Positions 1-8,265 of a stretch of 32,000 bases of DNA are shown piece by piece (the stretch's first letter is position 1; each line of letters starts with the position of its first letter). A program made the position numbers and the translations under genes. The notes below the pieces were generated by a model, which saw nothing but the letters and a program-made list of their open reading frames with translations, searched no databases and was not told the DNA's origin. This stretch comes from Microcystis aeruginosa NIES-843 (GTDB lineage: Bacteria > Cyanobacteriota > Cyanobacteriia > Cyanobacteriales > Microcystaceae): positions 3,870,001 to 3,902,000 of the forward strand of contig NC_010296.1 of the NCBI RefSeq assembly GCF_000010625.1, in the 5' to 3' direction.

Positions 1-279
1 CTTTTTAACTCTCGTTTAACCTCTGGCAGCATTAATTCTCGGGACTTAAAAGCGGCCCAAGGTCAACAGGAAACCGATTACCGGGGATTAAGTCTCAAGG
101 AGGGGATGGAATGGCTTGATCAAAATGCCGATGACTTTGCTTGGGGAAAGGCCGCCGACCCCGATTATTATGCTTTCCCCCATTGTCCGACAATTCATCG
201 AAAATTTGGGTCTGAAACCCCGTCGTTCTACGACGGCTTTACTGTTAAATATGAGCATCGTTTACGAAATATATGCTAA
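1..279 (+). CDS. 3' end of an unidentified gene running in from the left edge (native C-terminus probably displaced by the adjacent tnpB element)
   Basis: Frame 1 is open from nt 1 to TAA 277-279 (...DYRGLSLKEGMEWLDQNADDFAWGKAADPDYYAFPHCPTIHRKFGSE...). No family recognised by eye. The last ~25 codons read through the hairpin-bearing left end of the tnpB element, so the end is not trustworthy. Confidence 0.3.
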   Translation, partial: LFNSRLTSGSINSRDLKAAQGQQETDYRGLSLKEGMEWLDQNADDFAWGKAADPDYYAFPHCPTIHRKFGSETPSFYDGFTVKYEHRLRNIC

Positions 280-289
280 AATGTGAGAC

Positions 290-1478
290 ATGGAAAAAGC
301 CTACTCGTTTCGATTTTACCCAACACCCGAACAAGAGTCGCTATTGCGGCGCACATTGGGCTGTGTAAGATTAGTTTACAACAAAGCTCTCCACGAACGA
401 ACACAAGCTTGGTACGAAAAGCAAGAAAGAGTAGGCTACGCTCAAACTTCTTCAATGCTAACCGAGTGGAAAAAGCAAGAAGAATTAAACTTTCTCAATG
501 AAGTAAGCTGTGTACCTTTACAACAAGGGTTAAGACACCTACAAACAGCTTTTACTAATTTCTTTGCTGGTCGGACTAAGTATCCTAACTTTAAGAAAAA
601 ACATCAGGGAGGAAGTGCCGAATTTACCAAGTCTGCTTTTAAATTTAAAGACAAACAAATCTATTTAGCCAAATGCACAGAACCTTTACCTATTCGATGG
701 TCAAGACAAATCCCAGAAAGCTGTGAACCAAGCACAGTAACAGTCAGATTACATCCTTCTGGACGTTGGCATATTTCAATAAGATTTGATGACCCAACGA
801 TTAAGCCTTTACCAGTAACAGATAAAGCCATCGGAATTGACTTAGGAATTAGTAGCCTCGTGATTACCAGCGATGGCGATAAAGTGTCTAATCCCAAGCA
901 TTTTAAAAAGCATTATCGGAGACTGCGAAAGGCCCAAAAAAGCCTTTCTAGAAAACAGAAAGGGTCAAAAAATCGGGAAAAAGCAAGAATCAAAGTAGCC
1001 AAGATTCACGCTCAAATCACCGATAGCAGAAAAGACCATTTACATAAGCTAACCACTCAATTAGTTCGGGAAAACCAAACGATTGTGGTTGAGAACTTAG
1101 CCGTCAAGAATATGGTCAAAAACCCGAAATTATCTCAGGCAATATCTGATGTAAGCTGGGGAGAAATCACTCGACAATTAGCCTATAAATGCCGTTGGTA
1201 TGGGAGAAATTACATCGAAATAGATAGATGGTTTCCTAGCTCTAAAAGGTGTAGTAATTGCGGGTATATTGCCCTTGAAAATGCCGTTAAATGTTCGAGA
1301 ATGGGACTGTCCAGACTGTGGGACGCACCATGACCGAGATATTAACGCCAGTAAAAATATTTTGGCCGCAGGGCTTGCGGTGTCAGTCTGTAGAGCGACC
1401 ATAAGACCAGAACAGAGTAAATCTGTTAAGGCAGGTGCGAAAAATCCTTCGGGAAAGAAGCAGAAACCTAAATCGTGA
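290..1478 (+). pseudogene. tnpB: tnpB (RNA-guided endonuclease TnpB / IS605 OrfB), frameshifted
   Basis: ORF 290-1333 carries RuvC-I (GIDLGISS), RuvC-II (IVVENL) and the first CxxC (CSNCGY). The remainder ([22 protein letters not shown] = second CxxC plus RuvC-III) is in the +1 frame (ORF 1269-1478). The frame break lies near 1266-1285. Confidence 0.85.
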
Positions 1479-1521
1479 GGTTTGGGAATCACCGTCCGTT
1501 CACGGCGGTGAGGATGTCAAG
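1350..1521 (+). ncRNA. predicted omega-RNA (reRNA) scaffold of tnpB copy 1; 5' end not determinable
   Basis: Inference from established TnpB biology: guide RNAs derive from the tnpB 3' end through the right end. The hairpin at 1490-1510 and the terminal GTCAAG are seen here. The guide would be the flank starting 1522 (ccgtccaacgtcaagaaac). Confidence 0.35.
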
Positions 1522-1551
1522 CCGTCCAACGTCAAGAAACCCCCCTAACTA

Positions 1552-1765
1552 GGGCTGGCTGAATAAATCTAAAAAGCTTGTTGGATAAGGTTTTTAGGCT
1601 TTTTTGACCTCAAAAAGTGCCTAGCATTGGAGTGATCGGGGGTAAAATTCCTGGACTTTTTCCCTGAAAATTAGGTAATTGACCACCTGAAAATGAGTAA
1701 AACCCCACACCCCACACCCCACACCCCACACCCTGCCACCACCGAAAAACTTTTTCAGCAGACCC
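1552..1765 (+). mobile_element. MITE family 1, copy 1 (214 bp, TA-flanked)
   Basis: Termini GGGCTGGCTGAATAAATC ... TTTTTCAGCAGACCC form an imperfect TIR. TA is present at 1550-1551 and 1766-1767. It contains an internal (CCCCACA)4 at 1703-1733. Four more copies occur in the window. Confidence 0.85.
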
Positions 1766-1793
1766 TAACTATCATTAAACATTGTCGTCAGCC

Positions 1794-2759
1794 ATGATCG
1801 AAATGACTGCTATTCCGCCGATTTCCCTGAAAAACTACCGTATCGCCGCCATCATTCCCTGTCACAATGAAGAACTAACGATCGCTAAAGTTGTCTCCCA
1901 ATTTCAAACTTTTTTGCCAGAAGCGGCAATATATGTTTATAACAACCGCTCTAGCGATGATACCGTGACGGAGGCACTCAAAGCCGGGGCGATCGTTCGT
2001 CAGGAAATCCAACCGGGAAAAGGCAATGTTGTCCGGCGGATGTTTGCCGATATCGAGGCCGATATCTATATTCTCATCGATGGTGATGATACCTACGAAA
2101 TTGCGGCAGTACGACGCTTAATTGAACGAATGCTGCGGGAACAATTGGATATGGTCGTCGGTGCGCGTCGGGAAGCGGCAAAATCCTCCCAGGCTTATCG
2201 TCCTGGTCATCGCGCTGGTAATCTATTTTTAACAGGATTGGTGAAATTTCTGTTTGGAGCGCGTTTAATCGATATGCTCTCCGGTTATCGCGTCTTTTCT
2301 CGTCGTTTCGTCAAATCTTTTCCCGCTTTGTCCAATGGTTTCGAGATTGAAACCGAGTTAACTATCCACGCTTTAGAATTAAAAATTCCCTTCGCTGAAG
2401 AACCAACCCTCTACGGGGAACGTCCCGAAGGTTCCCAAAGTAAGTTAAAAACCTTTCAAGATGGCTGGCGAGTATTGGGAACCGCTATCTTACTTTTTAA
2501 AGAAATTCGTCCTTTTCTCTTTTTTAGCCTTGTCTCGCTAATTTTGGCGGTTATTTCCCTCCTCTTAGCGATCCCCGTCCTGTTTGAATACCTCGAAACT
2601 GGCTTAGTACCACGTTTTCCCACCGCTATTTTATCGGCCTCGATCATGCTTTTAGCCTTTTTAAGTTTGACCTGTGGCATGATCCTCGATTCCGTCTCCC
2701 GGGGACGAAAAGAGATGAAACGAATGGCTTATCTAGCTAACAGTTGGCTGAAAGGTTAG
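1794..2759 (+). CDS. family 2 glycosyltransferase with C-terminal transmembrane helices
   Basis: IAAIIPCHNEE...YVYNNRSSDDT...LIDGDDTY is a GT2 (GT-A, DxD) signature. Two hydrophobic helices lie near the C-terminus. The track ORF starts at 1782 (non-ATG); the first ATG is 1794. The MITE ends 17-29 nt upstream. Confidence 0.85.
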   Translation: MIEMTAIPPISLKNYRIAAIIPCHNEELTIAKVVSQFQTFLPEAAIYVYNNRSSDDTVTEALKAGAIVRQEIQPGKGNVVRRMFADIEADIYILIDGDDTYEIAAVRRLIERMLREQLDMVVGARREAAKSSQAYRPGHRAGNLFLTGLVKFLFGARLIDMLSGYRVFSRRFVKSFPALSNGFEIETELTIHALELKIPFAEEPTLYGERPEGSQSKLKTFQDGWRVLGTAILLFKEIRPFLFFSLVSLILAVISLLLAIPVLFEYLETGLVPRFPTAILSASIMLLAFLSLTCGMILDSVSRGRKEMKRMAYLANSWLKG

Positions 2760-2804
2760 GGGGAAAAAGTTCACTAAACATACAGGTCTAGGTCACATCT
2801 GGGG

Positions 2805-3170
2805 TTAAACCGTCTCTAACCGTTGCAGCACGGAGGAGGGTTTTTTGTCAATAAATTCCGCCGGCGAAATTTGATATTTAATCAGATTGGCTAATTCCTG
2901 TAGTTGGCTGATGGCTTCCGCACCTTCGAGTTTCATTAACTCTCGATCATCGCGCATTTCTGTCCAGGTGATGCCGTAATCGGACACGAGAAACCGAATT
3001 AGATGGGTTTCACCCAATCCCACCATAAAAGATGCGCTGTTCATTTGACCGCCACAGGTATAGCAAGATGCTAGATAACCTTGATTTTCTAGTGCGATCG
3101 CTAAGGCCTGTAAATCCATGACCAAGTCTTTGACCAGTTGGCGATGCTGTTCTGCAAGTCGTTTAAACAC
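2805..3170 (-). CDS. hypothetical protein
   Basis: ORF 2805-3197. An in-frame GTG at 3170 is preceded by AGGAGG at the right spacing, so the shorter start is preferred. No family recognised. Confidence 0.6.
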   Translation of the reverse strand: MFKRLAEQHRQLVKDLVMDLQALAIALENQGYLASCYTCGGQMNSASFMVGLGETHLIRFLVSDYGITWTEMRDDRELMKLEGAEAISQLQELANLIKYQISPAEFIDKKPSSVLQRLETV

Positions 3171-3648
3171 AATGTTCCTCCTGACAACACTGCTCAATTA
3201 TAAAACCTTAATACTTTTTTAAGATTCTTTTTTGAGAAAATAAGGTATATGAACCAGGTTTTTTTACGGATGTTAAGTAACAAAATGTAAAGAACCCGAT
3301 ACCTAGAGTAGCGTGAATTCCTGATATCGCCAAGTATATGTAAGTACAAATATACCAGTTTATCCGTCTTTCCACCCCCTCGATCCCAACTATTCCCATC
3401 ATGCCTATTTTTAAAGTTTAAGATCCGGTTTCGACAAAAAAGTTCGCAAATCTATGTTGACAATTACATCAACCTATGATTCTATTCCAGATACGGAGGG
3501 AGATGGGAGAGGGGCGCTTGTTTCATTGATCGGTAAACAGTAACCGGTCATCAGTGAAAACACAGCACTGTTAATGCCATGTAATAGTTAGTAAAAGTAT
3601 AGTCAAATATAGACAGACTGAATTCCATTTCAGAAATTCCTTTCACTT

Positions 3649-4866
3649 TTACTTCGAGAGATTGATTCTCCTTGGGTGAACTACGCACCTCTCTATCCCA
3701 TAGCGGTTAAACGCATTTGGGAATGCTTTTCGTAAAATATTGTAGGAACCCATGACATCAGATTGAACCAGAATCCCCTTATCTGTACGATATAAACCTC
3801 GCAAAATTCTTTTTCCTGAAAACACTGGCTTTTCAGTTATCTGTCCATAAACGGGGAGAGGATCGTCATGCAAAAAATTAGAAGCTGAGGTATAGGATTC
3901 TTCTTGAAGAATCACAGAGATTCCTTCTAATTGACATTTATAACTAATCATCTCAATTAATCGAGCATGAGGGATGGTCACAAATTTTTGATTGTTGACT
4001 TTTCCTAAGTTTACTTCTTGTTTCCAACCGTCATTTTTCCCAATTACTAAAGTTGTTATCTTTTGGTCAACTAAGAGATTGACTAAATAACGACTAACCT
4101 GATGAAGATAATCATCTACTTTCTGATTACGGCAACGGGTTAAACGGCGAATCCTCTGGGAACTTTGACGATTTAACAGAGATTGTAACTTAGCTCGACG
4201 TTGGTTATAAAATTGATTCAGGCTTTTTAACGGTCTGCCATTAATCAACAAAGGGATAAAGTCCGGTTGATTTGAAGTTACAGCCATCAAATTATCTATG
4301 CCTAAATCTATCGCAGCTATCTTTTCATTAGGAGCTAAGAACTGTTCAGTTTTCTCATAAATTACCTCGATTACATAACAATCACATTTAGGAACTATTC
4401 TGACTTCTGCTATGCGCTCTGCTACTCTCGTCGGCAAGGCAATTGAAGTACCTGATAGTTTGACTAACCCTTGCCGAAGACCTACTTTGCTTATAGCTTG
4501 AATCGTGTAAACTAAGAGATTTCGTCCTTTTTTTGGCTCCTTATAGCCAGGGATTTTGGGTTTGACCAGAAATTTATCGGGGTGACTTTTAAACTCCGAT
4601 GAAGCGGCAAAAAATGATGTCCAGTTTTTGTCTAATCCTCTTAAAACTTGTTGGGAAACTTTAGCGGGTAAAGCTTGATACTGTTCTGTCTTTGACCTCA
4701 GAGAGGCCATCTGATTATAGGTCAAATAGCCATGACCATAAATGAAGTTTTGTCGGATTAAATAATTGGCTGAGTTGTAGAGATTTTTAGACTGCCAAGA
4801 TAAATTATCTATCTCAGCCCAAAATCGATGTCCTTTCTTGATAATGTGTCTTTCGGCTACTAACAT
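3649..4866 (-). CDS. tnpB: TnpB (IS607-associated subtype without CxxC zinc finger)
   Basis: RuvC-I is AAIDLGIDN, RuvC-II is LQEESYTS and RuvC-III is QSDVMGSYNILRK. There are no CxxC pairs between RuvC-II and RuvC-III. Confidence 0.9.
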   Translation of the reverse strand: MLVAERHIIKKGHRFWAEIDNLSWQSKNLYNSANYLIRQNFIYGHGYLTYNQMASLRSKTEQYQALPAKVSQQVLRGLDKNWTSFFAASSEFKSHPDKFLVKPKIPGYKEPKKGRNLLVYTIQAISKVGLRQGLVKLSGTSIALPTRVAERIAEVRIVPKCDCYVIEVIYEKTEQFLAPNEKIAAIDLGIDNLMAVTSNQPDFIPLLINGRPLKSLNQFYNQRRAKLQSLLNRQSSQRIRRLTRCRNQKVDDYLHQVSRYLVNLLVDQKITTLVIGKNDGWKQEVNLGKVNNQKFVTIPHARLIEMISYKCQLEGISVILQEESYTSASNFLHDDPLPVYGQITEKPVFSGKRILRGLYRTDKGILVQSDVMGSYNILRKAFPNAFNRYGIERCVVHPRRINLSK

Positions 4867-4868
4867 TA

Positions 4869-5438
4869 TTATCCGTTGTCTTTTAACTCAGCTATAATCT
4901 TTTCTGTCTTTCTTTTCGACCTTCTTAATCCGTAAATTCGAGAACAAAAAGAGGTGATAATCGCTATTAAATCTGACATCAACTCATCCTGATTATCCTC
5001 ACTTTGATTGACAAACTCCAGTTTTTTATCTAGTTCTTTTAACAAGATTTCTAGATAATTAGTACCAAATCTGGCTAGACGGTCTTTGTGTTCAACAATT
5101 AAAACATTATAATTGGGGTCAACTAGAATTTTGGCTAATTGTTGGCGATTATCGTTTAATCCACTGCCTACTTCTTTGACAACTTTGTAGATTTTGTAGC
5201 CTCTGGCAACAGCATAATCTTTTAATCGGTCAGCTTGTCTATCTAGATTGTCTTTATTTTCGGCACTGGAAACTCTTGCATAAATGCAGGCTATCAAGTC
5301 GGGTTTTGAATGGTTGTCATCCGTTATGATAATTGTACCAGAAGGCAATTGATAACCTGTTAAATTCCCTTGTTTCCACCACCTCCAAGCCGTTCGATAA
5401 CTTATTCCTGTTTTTTTTGCATAGTCTGATAGTTTCAT
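4869..5438 (-). CDS. tnpA: IS607-family serine recombinase TnpA (MerR-like HTH + resolvase catalytic domain)
   Basis: N-terminal HTH (LSDYAKKTGISYRTAWRWWKQG) followed by YARVSSAENKDNLDRQ (catalytic Ser motif). Confidence 0.9.
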   Translation of the reverse strand: MKLSDYAKKTGISYRTAWRWWKQGNLTGYQLPSGTIIITDDNHSKPDLIACIYARVSSAENKDNLDRQADRLKDYAVARGYKIYKVVKEVGSGLNDNRQQLAKILVDPNYNVLIVEHKDRLARFGTNYLEILLKELDKKLEFVNQSEDNQDELMSDLIAIITSFCSRIYGLRRSKRKTEKIIAELKDNG

Positions 5439-5494
5439 ATCTATATATTACCATGCTTGACTATATCTGACTATATTTGTATTGAAACTTTACA

Positions 5495-5800
5495 ATACTA
5501 AATCCGGTTATTAAAGAATGATTATTTAGGGTTTGCTGAATAAATTTAAAAACCTTGTTGTATAAGACTTTTAGACTTTTTTCCCCTCAAAAAGTGCCAG
5601 CCCTTGAAGTGATCGGGGTGAAAATTCAGGTACTTTTTCCCTGAAAATTAGGTAGTTGACCACCTGAAAATCGGTAAAACCCTACACCCCACACCCCACA
5701 CCCTGCCCCCACGAGAAACTTTTTCAGCAAACCCTATCTAGACACGATTAATTACACATATGTAACTACCTATTGCCTTTTGCCTGTTACCTATCCTAAC
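5495..5800 (+). mobile_element. MITE family 2 (type A) copy split by a nested family-1 MITE; right part degenerate
   Basis: 5495-5528 ATACTAAATCCGGTTATTAAAGAATGATTATTTA matches the left ends at 18013 and 18302. After the nested element, 5770-5795 keeps TGCCTTTTGCCTGT. The right terminus is not recognisable. Confidence 0.5.
5529..5734 (+). mobile_element. MITE family 1, copy 2 (nested inside a family-2 MITE)
   Basis: GGGTTTGCTGAATAAATT ... TTTTTCAGCAAACCC, with TA at 5527-5528 and 5735-5736. The C-run heptamer block is at 5680-5710. Confidence 0.85.
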
Positions 5801-5825
5801 CAAGAAGTTAATTTTACACGACTAC

Positions 5826-7271
5826 TTAATAGTGACGTGGAGTATAAACCCATTGCTTGGTTTTACCCTGCTCAATCAGGCGAGTTTTACTCGATCCAAT
5901 CAAAATTATGGTTCGCATATCCGCATCTTTAATAGTCATATCCTCTAGGAATTTCACCGTCACTGTTTCCCCTTTTCGCCCTAAATTACGCGCTAGTACC
6001 ACAGGAGTTTGCGGCGAGCGCCATTGTAATAAAATCTCTTTTGCCTTCTCCAATTGCCAAGTGCGCTCTTGAGACACAGGATTATAAAATGCGATCGCTA
6101 AATCGGCTCGGGCCGCTAACTCAATGCGCTGAGAAATCACCTGCCAAGATTTGAGAATATCCGATAGGGAAATCGCACAAAAATCATGTCCTAAAAGTGC
6201 GCCAACCCTGGCGGCCGCCGCTTGCATCGCCGAAATCCCCGGACAGACCTGAATGGCGATCGCATCCCATGCTGGTTTTGCTTTTTTTTCTAATACCTCA
6301 AACACGGCCGCGGCCATGGCATAAATTCCGGGATCTCCGGAAGAAACTAAGACAACCGATCGCCCCTTAGCCGCTAAATCTAGGGCCATTTCCGCGCGAT
6401 CAAGTTCCACCCGATTATCCGATTCATGGCGGACAATTTCTGGTTTTCGCAGGGATTCTACCAAATCCAAATAGGTTTTATAACCCACCCAATCCGTGGC
6501 TTTTTCCAATACTTCTCGAACTTCCGGCGACATCCAATTTAGCGCACCCGGTCCAGTTCCGACTATGGCTAATTTACCTTGACTTTCCTGGGCAAAATCC
6601 CCTGGGGACAAACTGGATTTTTCCTTAATTTGCTGGCTTTCCTCATACAGATAAACTAAACAGGCAGTGCTAGGTTTTGCCAAGTTTAAGTTATTTTTAT
6701 CGATAATCTCAATGCTCAGTTTTGCTGCTGATGAAATCGGTAAATTACTATTTTTTAACCAGTCTGCTTCACCAATTAATTTTACTTTTTCACCCGCCAA
6801 TAAATCGGCAAGAAACTTCTTAGCATCATCGGGATTAACTAACTGATAACCCGGGGGTGGCGATAATAAAGTCGTTTTAAATCTAATATCACCAGTGGTG
6901 GTAATTGCGGGGGAAATTTGCCAAACCGAGGCAATTTGACGAGCGAGATCATTAACCCCTTGTAAACCCCCCAACAAAGGCACTACGGCGCTGCCATCTT
7001 CTGCGATTGCTAATACAGGTGGTTCTTGCCATTTATTAGTTAATAAAGGTGCTAAAGTGCGAATTAAAATACCCGCCGCACAAATGCCAATAATTGGCGT
7101 TCCCGTCTGGAAAAATTCTCGCACCGTTTCGCCAAAATTAGTATAGGTAAAATCAGCCGAATGGGTACGATCTATTAACCCATAAATTATTGCTTCCGGT
7201 AGGGCCATTTGCACTTGACGAGCAACGGGGAGGCTGGTTTCTCCTAAAATGAGAATAGCTGGAGGTTTCAT
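5826..7271 (-). CDS. cobJ: bifunctional CbiG (cobalt-precorrin-5A hydrolase) / precorrin-3B C17-methyltransferase (CobJ/CbiH)
   Basis: The N-terminal half is CbiG-like (GICAAGILIR, AVVPLLGG). The C-terminal half is a tetrapyrrole methylase (KLAIVGTGPGALNWMSPEV...VGYKTYLDL...VSSGDPGIYAMA). Confidence 0.9.
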   Translation of the reverse strand: MKPPAILILGETSLPVARQVQMALPEAIIYGLIDRTHSADFTYTNFGETVREFFQTGTPIIGICAAGILIRTLAPLLTNKWQEPPVLAIAEDGSAVVPLLGGLQGVNDLARQIASVWQISPAITTTGDIRFKTTLLSPPPGYQLVNPDDAKKFLADLLAGEKVKLIGEADWLKNSNLPISSAAKLSIEIIDKNNLNLAKPSTACLVYLYEESQQIKEKSSLSPGDFAQESQGKLAIVGTGPGALNWMSPEVREVLEKATDWVGYKTYLDLVESLRKPEIVRHESDNRVELDRAEMALDLAAKGRSVVLVSSGDPGIYAMAAAVFEVLEKKAKPAWDAIAIQVCPGISAMQAAAARVGALLGHDFCAISLSDILKSWQVISQRIELAARADLAIAFYNPVSQERTWQLEKAKEILLQWRSPQTPVVLARNLGRKGETVTVKFLEDMTIKDADMRTIILIGSSKTRLIEQGKTKQWVYTPRHY

Positions 7272-7996
7272 TTGGCTTCCCCTGACTGCGCTGCAGTTAA
7301 CTTTTGGATAAATTCTTGATGCTCTACCGAGTTAATTCCAGCCTTTAAGATGTCCAACACCCGTGACATATTGCCGTTGAGCATGGCTGAAATATCTAAC
7401 CACAAACCCGGAAATACTAGAGAGCAAATCACCCCTTCTTGGTTGGGTAACAAAGAAATATAATCGCCATTTTCTAAACTAAACCAATCAATCTTTTGAT
7501 CAAATACCTGCCAAATAAGGTATTCTTGAATGCCACTGCGACGATAAGCACGTTTTTTATCCCCTAAATCTATGGCGGCACTACTAGCGGCAATTTCTAC
7601 CACTAATTCCGGCGCTCCTTCTAGGTATCCCTCTACAGTTAGGGTTGATTTTCCCCCGCTTTCTTGACTGATTAATAACACCCCATCCGGCTGTAGTTCG
7701 TTGTCGATATCCAAGCGAACTGTTGGCTCAATACCCATTTGTACTTGGGGTGTAGCAGCTTGATAAACTCCCAACCAAGTGATTAAACGTCCGTGGGGTT
7801 CAGCATGAAATTTAAACCTTAATGGGGATGCCATATATACAACTCCTTCGATCAGTTCGGCTTTTTTTAATCCTGGCATAGCTTGATAACGGCGCTCGAA
7901 TTCAGGACGAATTAAGCGATCCCCATTTTCTAACGGGGGTAAATGTTGAGTGGTTACAATCTGAGAAGTTAAGGATTTAACCGGAGAAGAAGTCAT
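7268..7996 (-). CDS. Uma2-family (DUF820) putative endonuclease
   Basis: APELVVEIAASS...DLGDKKRAYRRSGIQEYLIWQV is the Uma2 core. The preferred start is ATG 7996 (MTSSPVK); the track ORF extends to 8134. The stop overlaps the cobJ start (ATGA at 7268-7271). Confidence 0.8.
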   Translation of the reverse strand: MTSSPVKSLTSQIVTTQHLPPLENGDRLIRPEFERRYQAMPGLKKAELIEGVVYMASPLRFKFHAEPHGRLITWLGVYQAATPQVQMGIEPTVRLDIDNELQPDGVLLISQESGGKSTLTVEGYLEGAPELVVEIAASSAAIDLGDKKRAYRRSGIQEYLIWQVFDQKIDWFSLENGDYISLLPNQEGVICSLVFPGLWLDISAMLNGNMSRVLDILKAGINSVEHQEFIQKLTAAQSGEAK

Positions 7997-8160
7997 GGTG
8001 GCAGTCTTTGGGAACAAAACAGCATTGATTTTATTATAGATTGTTTCATTGGACTTCTTGAGGGATTTAATTTTTAACTGAAATTTCGCCAGAAGTCCTG
8101 AGCTTTTAGCGATGGGATGAATGGCAACCAACATATAGACAATTCCCCAAAACTATAGCA

Positions 8161-8265
8161 TTTATCTTAGTGGTGAGGTACAAAGTTTTCCTTTTGGGAA
8201 GTCGGTAGTCGATACCAAATTAGGTTACACTTCATCTAGTTATGAGAAATGCTGTCATAACTGAT
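8161..8265 (+). repeat. ~100-bp intergenic repeat, copy 1 (second copy at 19506-19600)
   Basis: TTTATCTTAGTGGTGAGGTACAAAGTTTTCCTTTTGGGAAGTCGGTAGTCGATACCAAAT...ACTTCAT...TTATGAGAAA aligns to 19506-19600 at roughly 80 percent identity by eye, in the same orientation. Confidence 0.7.

Larger units (their letters stand above)
190..1521 (+). mobile_element. IS200/IS605-family tnpB-only element (IS1341-like), copy 1; left boundary approximate
   Basis: Subterminal hairpin ccgtcg-ttcta-cgacgg at 220-236 lies upstream of tnpB. A second hairpin caccgtccg-ttca-cggcggtg lies at 1490-1510. The terminal ...GGATGTCAAG at 1512-1521 resembles ...GAGTGTCAAT ending the element at 24452. No tnpA is present. Confidence 0.7.
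3598..5475 (-). mobile_element. IS607-family element (serine-recombinase tnpA + tnpB)
   Basis: tnpA and tnpB are adjacent (2-nt gap) and both intact. An imperfect inverted repeat lies near both ends: TATAGTCAAATATAGAC at 3598-3614 versus the reverse complement of 5459-5475 (TATAGTCAGATATAGTC), 15/17 matching. The DNA is AT-rich and no HIP1 was seen. Confidence 0.75.

Noticed and set aside
283-501. 72-aa ORF in an alternative frame over the tnpB start
   Set aside because: It overlaps the clearly homologous tnpB frame, so it is a shadow ORF.
1266-1285. Programmed ribosomal frameshift in tnpB copy 1
   Set aside because: There is no slippery heptamer or obvious downstream stimulatory structure at the break. 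The other two tnpB genes are single-frame.
1269-1478. 69-aa ORF as an independent gene
   Set aside because: It is the out-of-frame C-terminal part of tnpB copy 1 (second CxxC and RuvC-III motif).
3208-3402. 64-aa minus-strand ORF
   Set aside because: It has low-complexity, AT-rich sequence, no ribosome-binding site and no recognisable features. It lies in the spacer next to the IS607 element.
3440-3475. TTGACA...TATGAT / TTCTAT promoter-like hexamers next to the IS607 element
   Set aside because: Spacing to the good -10 candidate is only 12 nt. The 17-nt-spaced alternative is a poor -10. No downstream gene is assigned.
7997-8134. 46-codon N-terminal extension of the Uma2 ORF
   Set aside because: The Uma2 similarity starts after the internal ATG at 7996. 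The extension has no ATG start and reads as low-information sequence.
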